Assembly: GCA_964291415.2 (NCBI GenBank)
Contig: OZ219917.1
Span: 256,001 to 320,000, forward strand
Reading direction: 5' to 3'
Source: Alphaproteobacteria bacterium
GTDB taxonomy: Bacteria > Pseudomonadota > Alphaproteobacteria > SP197
DNA length: 64,000 nt
Part shown: one piece after another, positions 1 to 9,226 of the stretch
Position numbering within the stretch: position 1 is the stretch's first letter
Layout of the letters: the number at the start of each line of letters is the position of its first letter
Made by a program: the position numbers and the translations under genes
Notes under the pieces: model-generated
What the model was told of the DNA's origin: nothing
What the model saw: the letters and a program-made list of their open reading frames with translations, nothing else
The model's database searches: none

Positions 1-816
1 ACAGGCCAACCCTATGTGAAGACGGCGTTGGATGTCGCGTGCTGGGATATCCTGGGACGATCGCTCGACACGCCGCTCTACATGCTCCTGGGGGGCATGG
101 TGACGCCGCGGCCGGAAGTGGTCGGCTCCGTACCGCCACGGCCGGGCGAGGAGCTGGAGGCGATGATGGCCGCGTTGCGGGCGGACGGCATTGCGCAGTT
201 CTCGGGCAAGACCAGTGGAGACGTCGCCGAAGACATTGCCTATCTGCGATGGATGGGCGAGCGCATGCTCCCCGGCGAATCTCTGAAATACGACGGCAAC
301 GGCGGATGGCGCGTCGATGAGGCGATCCGCGTCGCCAGGGCCATGGGCGACATCGACGTGTACTTCGAGCAACCCTGCGCGACCTACGAGGAGTGCCGCG
401 ACGTGCGCCGCACGACCGGAGTGCCGCTCATCCTGGATGAATCGGCGACGAACGTCGGCGTCGTCCTGCGCGCGAAAGAGGACGGCGTTCTTGACGGGCT
501 GAACGTCAAGCTCGCGAGGGTCGGCGGCATCTCGAAGATGCGCCTCATTCGTGACCTCTGCGTCGCGCTGCATGTTCCGATGGAAATCCAGGACTCATCC
601 TACAGCGACCTTGCCTGCGCGGTGGTTGCCCATATGGGCCACTCGACGCCGGAACGCTGCATCCGTTCGGTCATCTATCCGAAGGGCCTGAAGAGAGCGA
701 CGGTGACGAACCCTCCGAGCGTCGTGGGCGGACGGATGACCGCGCCAGACGGGCCAGGTATCGGCGCGATTCCCATGCTGGACGTTATTGGAGATCCGAT
801 CGCTGTCTACGAATGA
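1..816 (+). CDS. Mandelate racemase/muconate lactonizing enzyme (enolase superfamily), hydroxyproline/proline-betaine dehydratase- or racemase-like; 5'-partial
   Basis: Frame is open from base 1 (TGQPYVKTALDVACWDILG). Enolase-superfamily motifs DGNGGW, FEQP, ILDES and NVKLARVGG are present. Confidence 0.85.
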   Translation, partial: TGQPYVKTALDVACWDILGRSLDTPLYMLLGGMVTPRPEVVGSVPPRPGEELEAMMAALRADGIAQFSGKTSGDVAEDIAYLRWMGERMLPGESLKYDGNGGWRVDEAIRVARAMGDIDVYFEQPCATYEECRDVRRTTGVPLILDESATNVGVVLRAKEDGVLDGLNVKLARVGGISKMRLIRDLCVALHVPMEIQDSSYSDLACAVVAHMGHSTPERCIRSVIYPKGLKRATVTNPPSVVGGRMTAPDGPGIGAIPMLDVIGDPIAVYE

Positions 817-1200
817 CGGAATCAATGCCATCCATGGTGCGCGAGCGTGCAGGCGGCGAACTCGTGCGACTCAGGTGTCGAGATCAGTCCCGGTAGCCGG
901 CACGTCGCCAGTCAGCAACCGGTCACCGTCAACGGTGGATGAGCTGGTTTCCCGCCCAGCTCCGGCACGACTCCCGTGACGGGCCTGCGCGAAGCACCGG
1001 CAGTCATCTACCGCGCACTGATCGACCAACGCTTGAACTGCGGGCGGCGGGCGAAAGTTCCTTGCATGCCCGTCCCACGACGTTCGACACGTCACTGACA
1101 AGCAGGGCCATGACACCGGAGAGATACCGCCATCCTCTGCGCACCCCTTGTCGCGGGGGACGCATGGTCGGAGCTGAGGTCGCAAGGGCGGCCGTTTCGG

Positions 1201-2235
1201 TCACGGCCTGACCACGACGTGCTCGAAGGGCGAAACGCCGCGGGCGGCGTGATCGACCGCCGCGCCGACATCGTCGAGGCCGTAGGCGTGAACCCGGAAC
1301 CGGTCAACGGGCAGCCGGCCTTCGGCGATCATGCGGACAAGCGATGCGGGCGCGTCTCTCGAAAACCACAACGACCCCCGGAACGCGAGTTCCCTGGTCA
1401 CGAAACTCGACGCCGGCACGGTCGGATTGTCGGACGCCACCGAGACGATGGAGCCTCCCCTGTTCAAGACGGCGACTGCCTGGTTGATCCACGCCGGATC
1501 GCCAATGTCGACGGTGTTCAGGACCATGTCGATACCATCGGGAAACTCCGTCGATATCTCGACCCGGTCGTCCAATCCGTCAAACGCGGCCAGTCGCTCC
1601 GGCGACCTGGCGACGGCACAGACGCGTCCGGCGCCCATGGCCAGAGCAACGACGACGGCACTGACACCGACCAGCCCCGTCGCGCCATGGATGGCAACGC
1701 TGGAGCCCTCCGAGAGCCCCCCGTGCACGAACCCTCCGTAAGCCGTTCCGAACCATCCGAGCCGACACAACACGTCGGCCGACGTCACGGACAACGCTGG
1801 TTCGACGGCAGTCAGACACTCGGCCGGCAGGACGATATGCGTCGCAAGAGCGCCGTCACGCCAGCGGTCCAGGATCTCGCCAGCTCCGCCCGAAATGTCG
1901 AAACATCCTGCGAAGGCGTATTCGGTTCGTCCCGTCGGGGACGTTGCCTCGATGTAGCTGTCACAAAACACGCGGTCACCGACAGCGATGCCCGTCACCC
2001 CGCCGCCGACCGCTACGATCGATCCGACACAGTCCATTCCCGGCGTGAACGGCCGGCGCGGCGTGGCGAAACCGCCGCTACCGTCGATCAGCGTTCCCAT
2101 GTACGGGGACATGAAGACCGCCTCGACCGCGACGACCGCACAGCCTTCCGGCGCACTCGGATCGTCCAGGTCCTCGACGACCAGGGATTCAGCATTCTCG
2201 TAGAGCCGCGCAGCGCGCATGGCGTTCACCTCCAT
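1201..2235 (-). CDS. Medium-chain (zinc-binding type) alcohol dehydrogenase/reductase family protein
   Basis: GroES-like N-terminus (PFTPGMDCVGSIVAVGGGV..GDRV), Rossmann motif HGATGLVG, GGAGG RBS upstream. Confidence 0.8.
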   Translation of the reverse strand: MEVNAMRAARLYENAESLVVEDLDDPSAPEGCAVVAVEAVFMSPYMGTLIDGSGGFATPRRPFTPGMDCVGSIVAVGGGVTGIAVGDRVFCDSYIEATSPTGRTEYAFAGCFDISGGAGEILDRWRDGALATHIVLPAECLTAVEPALSVTSADVLCRLGWFGTAYGGFVHGGLSEGSSVAIHGATGLVGVSAVVVALAMGAGRVCAVARSPERLAAFDGLDDRVEISTEFPDGIDMVLNTVDIGDPAWINQAVAVLNRGGSIVSVASDNPTVPASSFVTRELAFRGSLWFSRDAPASLVRMIAEGRLPVDRFRVHAYGLDDVGAAVDHAARGVSPFEHVVVRP

Positions 2236-2528
2236 TTGGTCCGGGCAATGTATCTGACCTGATTTTCCCAGAAAGAGTGTCCTCTCGAATGCTCATGCTC
2301 TTCAAGGCGACAAGTACAGTCGACCACTCGTCACTGCCCGGCGAGGTGATTGCGCCGTCGAGACCGCCGAATGTGACGTTCCGCGAGGGTGACGCGGTGC
2401 GTCTGATGCCCGTTCGCGCCCACTCCGCCGCCTGGCGTAGGCAACATTCGATCCGAACGGCATGGACCTGACGGACCGTCTGTCCGATGATGGCGGTGCA
2501 GACGCACGGAACCGCGAAGGGGTCCGAC

Positions 2529-3437
2529 ATGGAACTGCAACATCTTGCCGCCGACGCGCCGGTCGCCGACATCGTGACCGCCATCCGCGGGGACGGCGGC
2601 GCGATCGTCGAGGATTTCGTGGCCGGAGAGATCTGTGACCGCGTGCTCGCCGACCTGCGCGAGCCTTTCGACGCGGTCGGTCGGTCCACCGAAAACGACT
2701 TCAACGGCTACACCACGCTTCGGGTGAACTCGGTGCTCGATGTGTCCGGGGCGTCCGTTGAGATCGTCGGCCACCGGCCCATGATGGCGGTGCTGGACGA
2801 AATCCTACTCCCCCACTGCCAGGAGTACCTGGTGGGAAGCTGCACCGCGATCGAGATCCATCCGGGCGAAACGGACCAGGTTCTTCACCGCGACGACGGA
2901 ATGTATCCGCTGCGCATTCCCGGCATGGAGATGCAGGTCTCGGTGATGTGGGCGCTCGACGACTTCACCATCGAGAACGGCGCCACCCGGATCGTGCCGG
3001 GCAGCCATCTTTGGGTCACTCCGCGCGAGCCAGGCGCGGATGACGTTGTCGTCCAGGCTCCGATGCGCAAGGGATCGGCCCTGTTCTACCTGGGTTCCGT
3101 CTTCCACGGCGGAGGCGCCAACACGGCAAACGCGCCGCGTGCGGGTCTGATCAACACCTACTGTCTGGGCTGGCTGCGCCAGGAGGTGAACCACTACCTC
3201 TCCGTTCCCCGCAACATTGCCGCCAGACTGCCCGAACATGTCCAGCGGCTCCTGGGATACGGGGTCTACGGCGGCGGCCTTGGCTACTATCCTCTCGATT
3301 TGGGCATGGTGCCGCCACAGGACATGAAGGGCGCTGCGATGTGGGACTGGCAGCGTGACACGGAACCGGACAGCTCCGTTTGTTGCCAACCGCGTGGGCA
3401 ACAGGAAAAGACTGTCCGCCAGTCTACCGGGACTTGA
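2529..3437 (+). CDS. Phytanoyl-CoA dioxygenase (PhyH) family Fe(II)/2-oxoglutarate oxygenase
   Basis: HRD iron-binding motif, DDFTIENGATRIVPGSH, FHGGGAN, YCLGWLRQE. Start placed at ATG 2529 after AAGGGG. Confidence 0.88.
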   Translation: MELQHLAADAPVADIVTAIRGDGGAIVEDFVAGEICDRVLADLREPFDAVGRSTENDFNGYTTLRVNSVLDVSGASVEIVGHRPMMAVLDEILLPHCQEYLVGSCTAIEIHPGETDQVLHRDDGMYPLRIPGMEMQVSVMWALDDFTIENGATRIVPGSHLWVTPREPGADDVVVQAPMRKGSALFYLGSVFHGGGANTANAPRAGLINTYCLGWLRQEVNHYLSVPRNIAARLPEHVQRLLGYGVYGGGLGYYPLDLGMVPPQDMKGAAMWDWQRDTEPDSSVCCQPRGQQEKTVRQSTGT

Positions 3438-3446
3438 AGCTGACAC

Positions 3447-4406
3447 ATGACAGGTCCTTGGTGTTCCGGGGCTGACGACCGGCCGGGCGTGGGCGGACTT
3501 GTCCTGCCCGAGCCCCTGGCAACTCTCGACCTCGTGATGGACGACGGCGCGGCGATCAGGGTCGTGCGCCACGGCAATCCCGCCGGGATGCGCGTCGTTC
3601 TGAGCCACGGCAACGGCTTCGCGAGTGATTCCTACTTCCCGTTCTGGCAACACATGCTGGAGCGGTTCGATATCGCTCTCTTCGATGTCCGCAACTGCGG
3701 ACGCAATCCCTTCCACGCGGCAGAGCCGCACCACTATCCCCGCTTCGCCCACGACAACGTGGCGGTGCATGGCGCGATCGCCGAAGAATGGGGCGAGAAG
3801 ACGACCGTCGGAGTCTTCCATTCCATGACGGCGATCGCGGCCCTTCTGGCCGTCGTCGATGGAATCTGGCACTGGGATGCCCTCGTGCTGTTCGACCCGC
3901 CGATGGTCCCGCCTGAGGGCAATCCGCTCCGCGGACAGCTAATGTCCGACGGAGGGGCGCTGCGTGACGCCGCCCTGATCCGCCAGAACCGGTTCCGGAA
4001 CCCTGAGGACCTTGCCGACGTCTACAGATTCCTCCATCGGTTCCGGCGCCTGCGGAAGGGAGTGCCGGAACTCAACGCACGCTCCGTGCTGCACTTCGAT
4101 CCCGCGAGCGGCGAATGGCTGCTGCGTTGCCCGGGTTTGGTCGAAGCCGGTCTCTACACCGAGGTCGCCGAACTGGATATCTGGCGAAAGCCCGATCCGC
4201 CGGAGCGCCCGCTCCTGATCATCGGTGCCGATCCGGCGCCTGAGGACGCGTCGAAGACCGCGTCCTGCTGCAGGCTCTTCTGCAAAACGTTCGACATCGA
4301 CTACGCCTTCGTGCCGGATACCAGCCACCTCCTGCAACTCGAGGAACCGGAACAGTGCTTCGCCCTGTTCGACCGATACCTCGCCGACAACGGCATCACC
4401 GCATAG
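3447..4406 (+). CDS. Alpha/beta-fold hydrolase
   Basis: HGNGF oxyanion motif, GVFHSM nucleophile elbow, C-terminal SHLLQLEEP histidine. Confidence 0.8.
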   Translation: MTGPWCSGADDRPGVGGLVLPEPLATLDLVMDDGAAIRVVRHGNPAGMRVVLSHGNGFASDSYFPFWQHMLERFDIALFDVRNCGRNPFHAAEPHHYPRFAHDNVAVHGAIAEEWGEKTTVGVFHSMTAIAALLAVVDGIWHWDALVLFDPPMVPPEGNPLRGQLMSDGGALRDAALIRQNRFRNPEDLADVYRFLHRFRRLRKGVPELNARSVLHFDPASGEWLLRCPGLVEAGLYTEVAELDIWRKPDPPERPLLIIGADPAPEDASKTASCCRLFCKTFDIDYAFVPDTSHLLQLEEPEQCFALFDRYLADNGITA

Positions 4407-4564
4407 GGAAGATGCTTGCGAGGGCGTGCCACGAATCTCGGCGATCTCGAGGACCTTCCCGATTCAGGCACGATCGACCGAATCGACACGAGATGCCGTT
4501 CGCAAGGCGCGACACAGGCCAGGTCACACAGCCTGGCACCGTGCCAGTTGCTGCGCGAGCCCGG

Positions 4565-4744
4565 TCAGAATCTCCTGAAGTTCCCGGGCAACGCCGCCGC
4601 GCCATGACAGAGACTCAATGCCGTGCCTCCCTGGAACACCAGATCTTCGAGAAACCCACCCAACTCCAGTGCAAAGAGAATATCGTCGTGGAGGATATCC
4701 TTCTCGATAACCAGTTGCGTGCCATTCAGCCGGGGATCTTCCAT
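4565..4744 (-). pseudogene. Truncated AbiEii/AbiGii nucleotidyltransferase toxin (type IV toxin-antitoxin)
   Basis: Hand translation (59 aa, below the ORF-track cutoff): MEDPRLNGTQLVIEKDILHDDILFALELGGFLEDLVFQGGTALSLCHGAAALPGNFRRF*. The EKD and FQGGTAL motifs are present but the RFSEDLDF catalytic motif is missing. It lies directly downstream of AbiEi. Confidence 0.8.
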
Positions 4745-4779
4745 GGCCCGGTCAACGAGGTATGTCGGATGATCTTGCG

Positions 4780-5361
4780 CTATGTCGGCGTGACCCTTGC
4801 CGCCGCTTCGGCCTGCTCCTCCAGAATGTCCTCGTAGTATTCCAGGTTCACCATGTCGAGATTGCGTCCGACCCGACGAAGGTCGCGCAGCGCCGTCTCC
4901 ACCCTGGCAATGCGCAGGGGCCGCTTCTCCATGATGATGGTGTTGTCCAGGATATCGGCCGCAGAACGCTTGGTATGGGTGAACTCGATGACGCCATAGG
5001 GCGTCCGGATGATCGCGCTGCGTCCCGTGGTCATGATGGTAATCCGGCTCATCGGGATCTGCGAAATCACACCGTATTCCGAGAGAGCGGATTCCAGACT
5101 GACGTAGCTGTATTCACCGCGCCGCAGGCACACCGCGATCTTCTCGATCAGGTACCGCTTTGACGATCTCGAAAGAAGATTGACATAGACGCCGCGCGCT
5201 GCGTGCTCGAGGAATCCCTGTTTCACGAGACGCCTGAGTCCTTCGGCAAATGTCTTGGGTGACCGCTCCGGAAACATCTTCCTGAGATCTGTCACTGAAA
5301 AGACGGACCTCTCTTTCCGGTCCCAGTCCCAGAGCACTTTGATCGCGTCCACGGTTTTCAC
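4780..5361 (-). CDS. AbiEi-family antitoxin / transcriptional regulator (type IV toxin-antitoxin)
   Basis: N-terminal winged helix (LRRLVKQGFLEHAARGVY) and the YVSLESALSEYGVISQIP motif typical of AbiEi. Confidence 0.88.
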   Translation of the reverse strand: MKTVDAIKVLWDWDRKERSVFSVTDLRKMFPERSPKTFAEGLRRLVKQGFLEHAARGVYVNLLSRSSKRYLIEKIAVCLRRGEYSYVSLESALSEYGVISQIPMSRITIMTTGRSAIIRTPYGVIEFTHTKRSAADILDNTIIMEKRPLRIARVETALRDLRRVGRNLDMVNLEYYEDILEEQAEAAARVTPT

Positions 5362-5386
5362 AGCAAACTTCCATGGGGATAACTAT

Positions 5387-5410
5387 TAATGCCCAATATA
5401 GTTGGTATTA
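5387..5410. promoter_or_regulatory. Imperfect palindrome upstream of abiEi; candidate autoregulatory operator
   Basis: TAATGCCCAATATAGTTGGTATTA matches its reverse complement at 18/24 positions, in an AT-rich patch just upstream of the abiEi start. AbiEi proteins are known to bind inverted repeats in their own promoter. Confidence 0.5.
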
Positions 5411-5687
5411 GTGTGGACTTGAATGATCTTGTATTGCATGCGTTCACTTGGGGGAATCCGGTGGCGCTCTCATGGCCTGGCGCCGGCGGGCTTCAAGTCA
5501 GTTGCGATCGAGGGCTCGCAGCAGGCCACTCTGGCCGTGCGTCGCACTCTCCGGAAGGTTGAATCATCATGACGCCCAGACTGCCCGTCGAAGCCGTGCT
5601 CGCGCGTTCGAGTTCGTCAGCCACCGTCCGGGAAAACCGCCTATCCTTGCCGGCGTAGGGCTACTGGATCTCGCAGGGCGGTGGATT

Positions 5688-6233
5688 CTATCTGACGCCG
5701 AAGGTCATGCGCCGGATGACGTCATGGCCTCCGATCCAGCGGTGCTTGAAGGCCGCCGCGACGTGGCCCACGGCAACCGCCAGCATCCCGTAGGCAAGCC
5801 ACATGTGCACGTCCTCGGCGAGATCCTGGAGCCCCTCCCCGGTCTCGGGGAAGATCATCGGCATCTCGACGCCGAACCACTCTACGGCGTGGCCGCCGAA
5901 GTTCGTCTCCGCCCAGCCGGCCGCGATGACCAGCGCGGGAAGCGCGTAGAGCGCGGCATGGCCGAGATGCGCGGCTCTGCGCTCCACGCCCCGGATCGTC
6001 GCCGGCAAGGGTGGCGGCCGGTGAATCAGGCGGATCGCGATGCGCAGGACGAGGAGCGCAAGCAGCGTCACACCGACCGAGATGTGGAGATCGAACAGGA
6101 ACTCCTCCAGCGGCGAGTCGTCCTCGACCAGCGCCGTCATCGCGTAGCCGCACCCCCACATGAAGACGAAGCCAAGCGCCATGATCCAGTGCATCAGGCG
6201 CGCGGCGAGGTGGTAGCGTTCTTCGATCATCAA
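5688..6233 (-). CDS. Cytochrome b561 (YceJ/CybB-like)
   Basis: Four hydrophobic helices with heme-ligand histidines: ARLMHWIMA, DLHISVG, DVHMWLAY, GHVAAAFKH. Confidence 0.9.
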   Translation of the reverse strand: MMIEERYHLAARLMHWIMALGFVFMWGCGYAMTALVEDDSPLEEFLFDLHISVGVTLLALLVLRIAIRLIHRPPPLPATIRGVERRAAHLGHAALYALPALVIAAGWAETNFGGHAVEWFGVEMPMIFPETGEGLQDLAEDVHMWLAYGMLAVAVGHVAAAFKHRWIGGHDVIRRMTFGVR

Positions 6234-6335
6234 GATTGCCCTCGCGCGTCACATTGCGGCCTTGCCGCACCGGGTGGCGCATCCCGGCCGGCCGCCTTTT
6301 GGACAGGCGGTGGCCGGGATGCCGACAGGACGGTG

Positions 6336-6821
6336 TCAGTCGTCGTCCCACCATCCGTCATCGTCGTCGTGCCGGCGGTCCCGCAGCGAGAGGCCGCCGT
6401 CGCGGTTGCGATCGAGACGCTCGACGATGCCGGCGAGCGGGCGGTCGTACTCAGCACGGGTGATGATGGCGTCGCCGTCGGTGTCGAGCATCTGGAATGC
6501 GCGCACGGTGAGCGGGCGGGTAGTCTCGTGCCAGAGTGCGGCGAACTCCCCGAGATCGAGGTTGCCATCACCGTTGGCGTCGTGCGCGGCGTGACGGTCG
6601 TCGAGCAGCTTGTCGATCTCTGCCTGTGTGAGCTTGCCGTCACCATCGGCGTCCGCGGCATCGAACATTTCCATCGCCGACACGGCGAACTGCCCCTTGC
6701 CCAGGAAACCCATGCCGTGGCCGTCGCCGCGGTGGCCGGCATAGCTCGCGCCGGCGAGGGCGATGCCGCCGAGGGCCGCGGTGGCAACGATGGCGGTCAG
6801 TATCTTCGTCTTCGCTTTCAT
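6336..6821 (-). CDS. Secreted EF-hand calcium-binding protein
   Basis: Signal peptide followed by four EF-hand loops: DADGDGKLTQAE, DANGDGNLDLGE, DTDGDAIITRAE, DRNRDGGLSLRD. Confidence 0.9.
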   Translation of the reverse strand: MKAKTKILTAIVATAALGGIALAGASYAGHRGDGHGMGFLGKGQFAVSAMEMFDAADADGDGKLTQAEIDKLLDDRHAAHDANGDGNLDLGEFAALWHETTRPLTVRAFQMLDTDGDAIITRAEYDRPLAGIVERLDRNRDGGLSLRDRRHDDDDGWWDDD

Positions 6822-6884
6822 CGGTATTCTCCTTCATGGATCAATCCATCGGGTGTCGATGGATGAACGCACCATGGGCACACG

Positions 6885-6963
6885 GTGTCGCAGAACCTTC
6901 TCCGCGAAGGCCCGGAAGTGTCGCATTCCGTGGCCTGACGGCTTCCTGACACACGCTGTTACA
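6885..6963. promoter_or_regulatory. Candidate OmpR/PhoB-type direct-repeat binding sites in the divergent promoter
   Basis: GTGTCGCA at 6885 and 6918 (33 bp apart), and CCTGAC at 6934 and 6945 (11 bp apart), between the EF-hand gene and the response regulator. Confidence 0.4.
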
Positions 6964-7006
6964 AACTTTTCGTGCGGCATCCGGGAAGGCGCGTAAGCTT
7001 CCCTTC

Positions 7007-7726
7007 ATGGACGCTTCCCCTCACGTACTCGTGGTCGACGACCAGCGGGAGATCCGCGAGCCGCTGGCGCGCTACCTGAAGCGTCACGGGCTGCGCGTGA
7101 CCGCGGCCGGGAACGCCGCGGCGGCACGGCAGGCGCTCAAGGTGGCGGCGGTCGACCTTGTGGTGCTTGACATCATGATGCCGGGCGAGGACGGCCTCGC
7201 GCTGTGCCGCAGCTTGCGCGAGACGACACGCATCCCGGTCATCCTGCTGACCGCCATGGGCGAGGAGACGGACCGCATCGTGGGCCTGGAGGTTGGGGCT
7301 GACGACTATGTCGCCAAGCCGTTCAACCCCCGCGAGCTTCTCGCCCGCATCAGGGCGGTAATCCGCCGGGCGCGGAGCCTGCCGCCCGATCACGAACCCC
7401 TCCCGTTGGGAAGATACCTGTTCGATCGCTGGTCGCTCGACACGGCAAAGCGCGAGCTGGTGGACAACGCAGGGGTGGTCACACCGCTCTCCGCCGGCGA
7501 GTTCCGGCTGCTGGTGGCGCTGCTCGAGCGCCCCGGCATGGTGCTCTCGCGCGATCAGCTTCTCGACCTCACCCGGGGCCGGAGCGCGGCGCCCTTCGAC
7601 CGTGCGGTCGACAACCAGGTGAGCCGACTCCGGCGCAAGATCGAGCGCGATCCGAAGAGCCCGGCGCTGATCGCCACGGTGTGGGGCGGAGGCTACCGGT
7701 TCGCAGGACAGGTGGAGCGCGGATGA
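7007..7726 (+). CDS. OmpR-family response regulator
   Basis: Receiver domain (VVDD, LDIMMPGEDG, GADDYVAKPF) and winged-helix output domain (DRAVDNQVSRLRRKIE, TVWGGGY). Confidence 0.95.
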   Translation: MDASPHVLVVDDQREIREPLARYLKRHGLRVTAAGNAAAARQALKVAAVDLVVLDIMMPGEDGLALCRSLRETTRIPVILLTAMGEETDRIVGLEVGADDYVAKPFNPRELLARIRAVIRRARSLPPDHEPLPLGRYLFDRWSLDTAKRELVDNAGVVTPLSAGEFRLLVALLERPGMVLSRDQLLDLTRGRSAAPFDRAVDNQVSRLRRKIERDPKSPALIATVWGGGYRFAGQVERG

Positions 7727-9105
7727 GACTCGCGCCCAGGAGCCTTGCCGGCCAGCTCACGCTGCTGCTGCTGCTCGCCCTCGTCGCAGCCCAGGGCATT
7801 GCCGTCGCGCTGTTCGCCTGGGAGCGCATCGAGGCGCTGCGTCACGCGCACCGCGACGATGCCATCCAGCGCACGGCCACGGTGGCGCGGCTGCTCGCCG
7901 GCACGCCCCCGGCACTTCACGAGGCCGTCATCTCGGCGGCAAGCACCAAGCTCGTGCGGTTCTCGCTGACCGACGAGCCCGTCGTGGGCACGACGGGCAC
8001 CGGAGAACGCGCGGCCGCCATCGCCGACGATCTCTCCGCCGCGCTGGGCGCCCAGGCGGCGCAGATCCGGGTGGCGCCGCTCTGGACCCGGTACATGGAT
8101 GACGACGATGGCCGGGATGACGATCACGACGATGACGACCGCGACCACGAGCATTGGAAGCCCGACTGGTTCACGGCCTCCGTCGCCCTTGGCCACGGGC
8201 CCTGGCTGAACGTGGCAGTCGGACCTCGTCCCGGGGCACCGGCCTGGGGCGCGGCATTCGTTGCCGTCTTCCTGCTCTCGGCGCTGGGCATTGCGGCCGT
8301 GGCGGTCATCATGGGGCGGCGGATCGCAAGACCAATGCGGCGCCTGGCGGCGGCGGCCGGGCGTCTCGGCCGGGGCGAAGCGGTGGAGGATCTCTCCGAG
8401 GTCGGACCGGCGGAGACCCGGGACACGGTGAGGGCGTTCAACCTCATGCGCGAACGCCTCGACCGATACGTGCGTGACCGCACCGCCATGCTGGCCGCGG
8501 TCTCGCACGATCTGAAGACCCCGATCACGAGCCTGCGCCTGCATGCCGAATTCGTCGAGGACAAGGAGACCCGGGCGAGAATCCTCGCCGCGCTCGACGA
8601 GATGCAGCGCATGACCGAGGACGCGCTCGCGTTCATCCGCGAAGACATGCAACGCGAAGAGACGCGGACGGTGGATCTCCATGCACTTCTCGACAGCGTT
8701 GCCGCCGATCTCGCGGAACTGGGCCATGACATCGCAGTTGCCGACACCGACCGGGTCCTTGTCGCCTGCCGGGCGAGCGCGCTGCGCCGGGCGTTGCGCA
8801 ACCTCATGGAAAACGCGGCCGCCTATGGCGGACGGGCGACGGCGCGGATCGAACGGGACGACGAGGCCATCCGCATCGTCGTCGAGGACGAGGGTCCGGG
8901 CATCCCGGAGACGGATCTGGAGAGGGTGTTCGAGCCCTTCGTCCGGCTCGAGGCGTCACGGAACCGCGAGACGGGAGGCAGCGGGCTCGGGCTCGCCATC
9001 GCGCGCAGCATCGTGCGCGGCCACGGCGGCGACATCCGCCTGGCGAACCGCGCCGACGGCGGGCTGCGCGCGACAGTCGCGCTGCCGCAAGCAGAACGAT
9101 TGTGA
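7723..9105 (+). CDS. Sensor histidine kinase (HAMP-HisKA-HATPase) with an Asp/His-rich periplasmic insert
   Basis: ATGA overlap with the regulator, two TM helices, SHDLKTP H-box, NLMENA, DEGPGI, GSGLGL. Confidence 0.93.
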   Translation: MRLAPRSLAGQLTLLLLLALVAAQGIAVALFAWERIEALRHAHRDDAIQRTATVARLLAGTPPALHEAVISAASTKLVRFSLTDEPVVGTTGTGERAAAIADDLSAALGAQAAQIRVAPLWTRYMDDDDGRDDDHDDDDRDHEHWKPDWFTASVALGHGPWLNVAVGPRPGAPAWGAAFVAVFLLSALGIAAVAVIMGRRIARPMRRLAAAAGRLGRGEAVEDLSEVGPAETRDTVRAFNLMRERLDRYVRDRTAMLAAVSHDLKTPITSLRLHAEFVEDKETRARILAALDEMQRMTEDALAFIREDMQREETRTVDLHALLDSVAADLAELGHDIAVADTDRVLVACRASALRRALRNLMENAAAYGGRATARIERDDEAIRIVVEDEGPGIPETDLERVFEPFVRLEASRNRETGGSGLGLAIARSIVRGHGGDIRLANRADGGLRATVALPQAERL

Positions 9106-9226
9106 TTGCCGAGAACCGGGTTGTGACGTGTTTGCAACTCGGAAGGTGGAATCCCTTGGTTCTACCGCAAACGTGGCCGACCGTTTCCCGAACCGTAGTG
9201 CAGGAATTCCCTCCGTCAGGCCACAG

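Noticed and set aside
5448-6866. Long antisense ORFs (this one; also 12311-14005, 15672-17051, 48815-50242, 51599-53110, 60269-61729)
   Set aside because: These are shadow frames of well-supported genes on the opposite strand in high-GC DNA and show no recognisable motifs.
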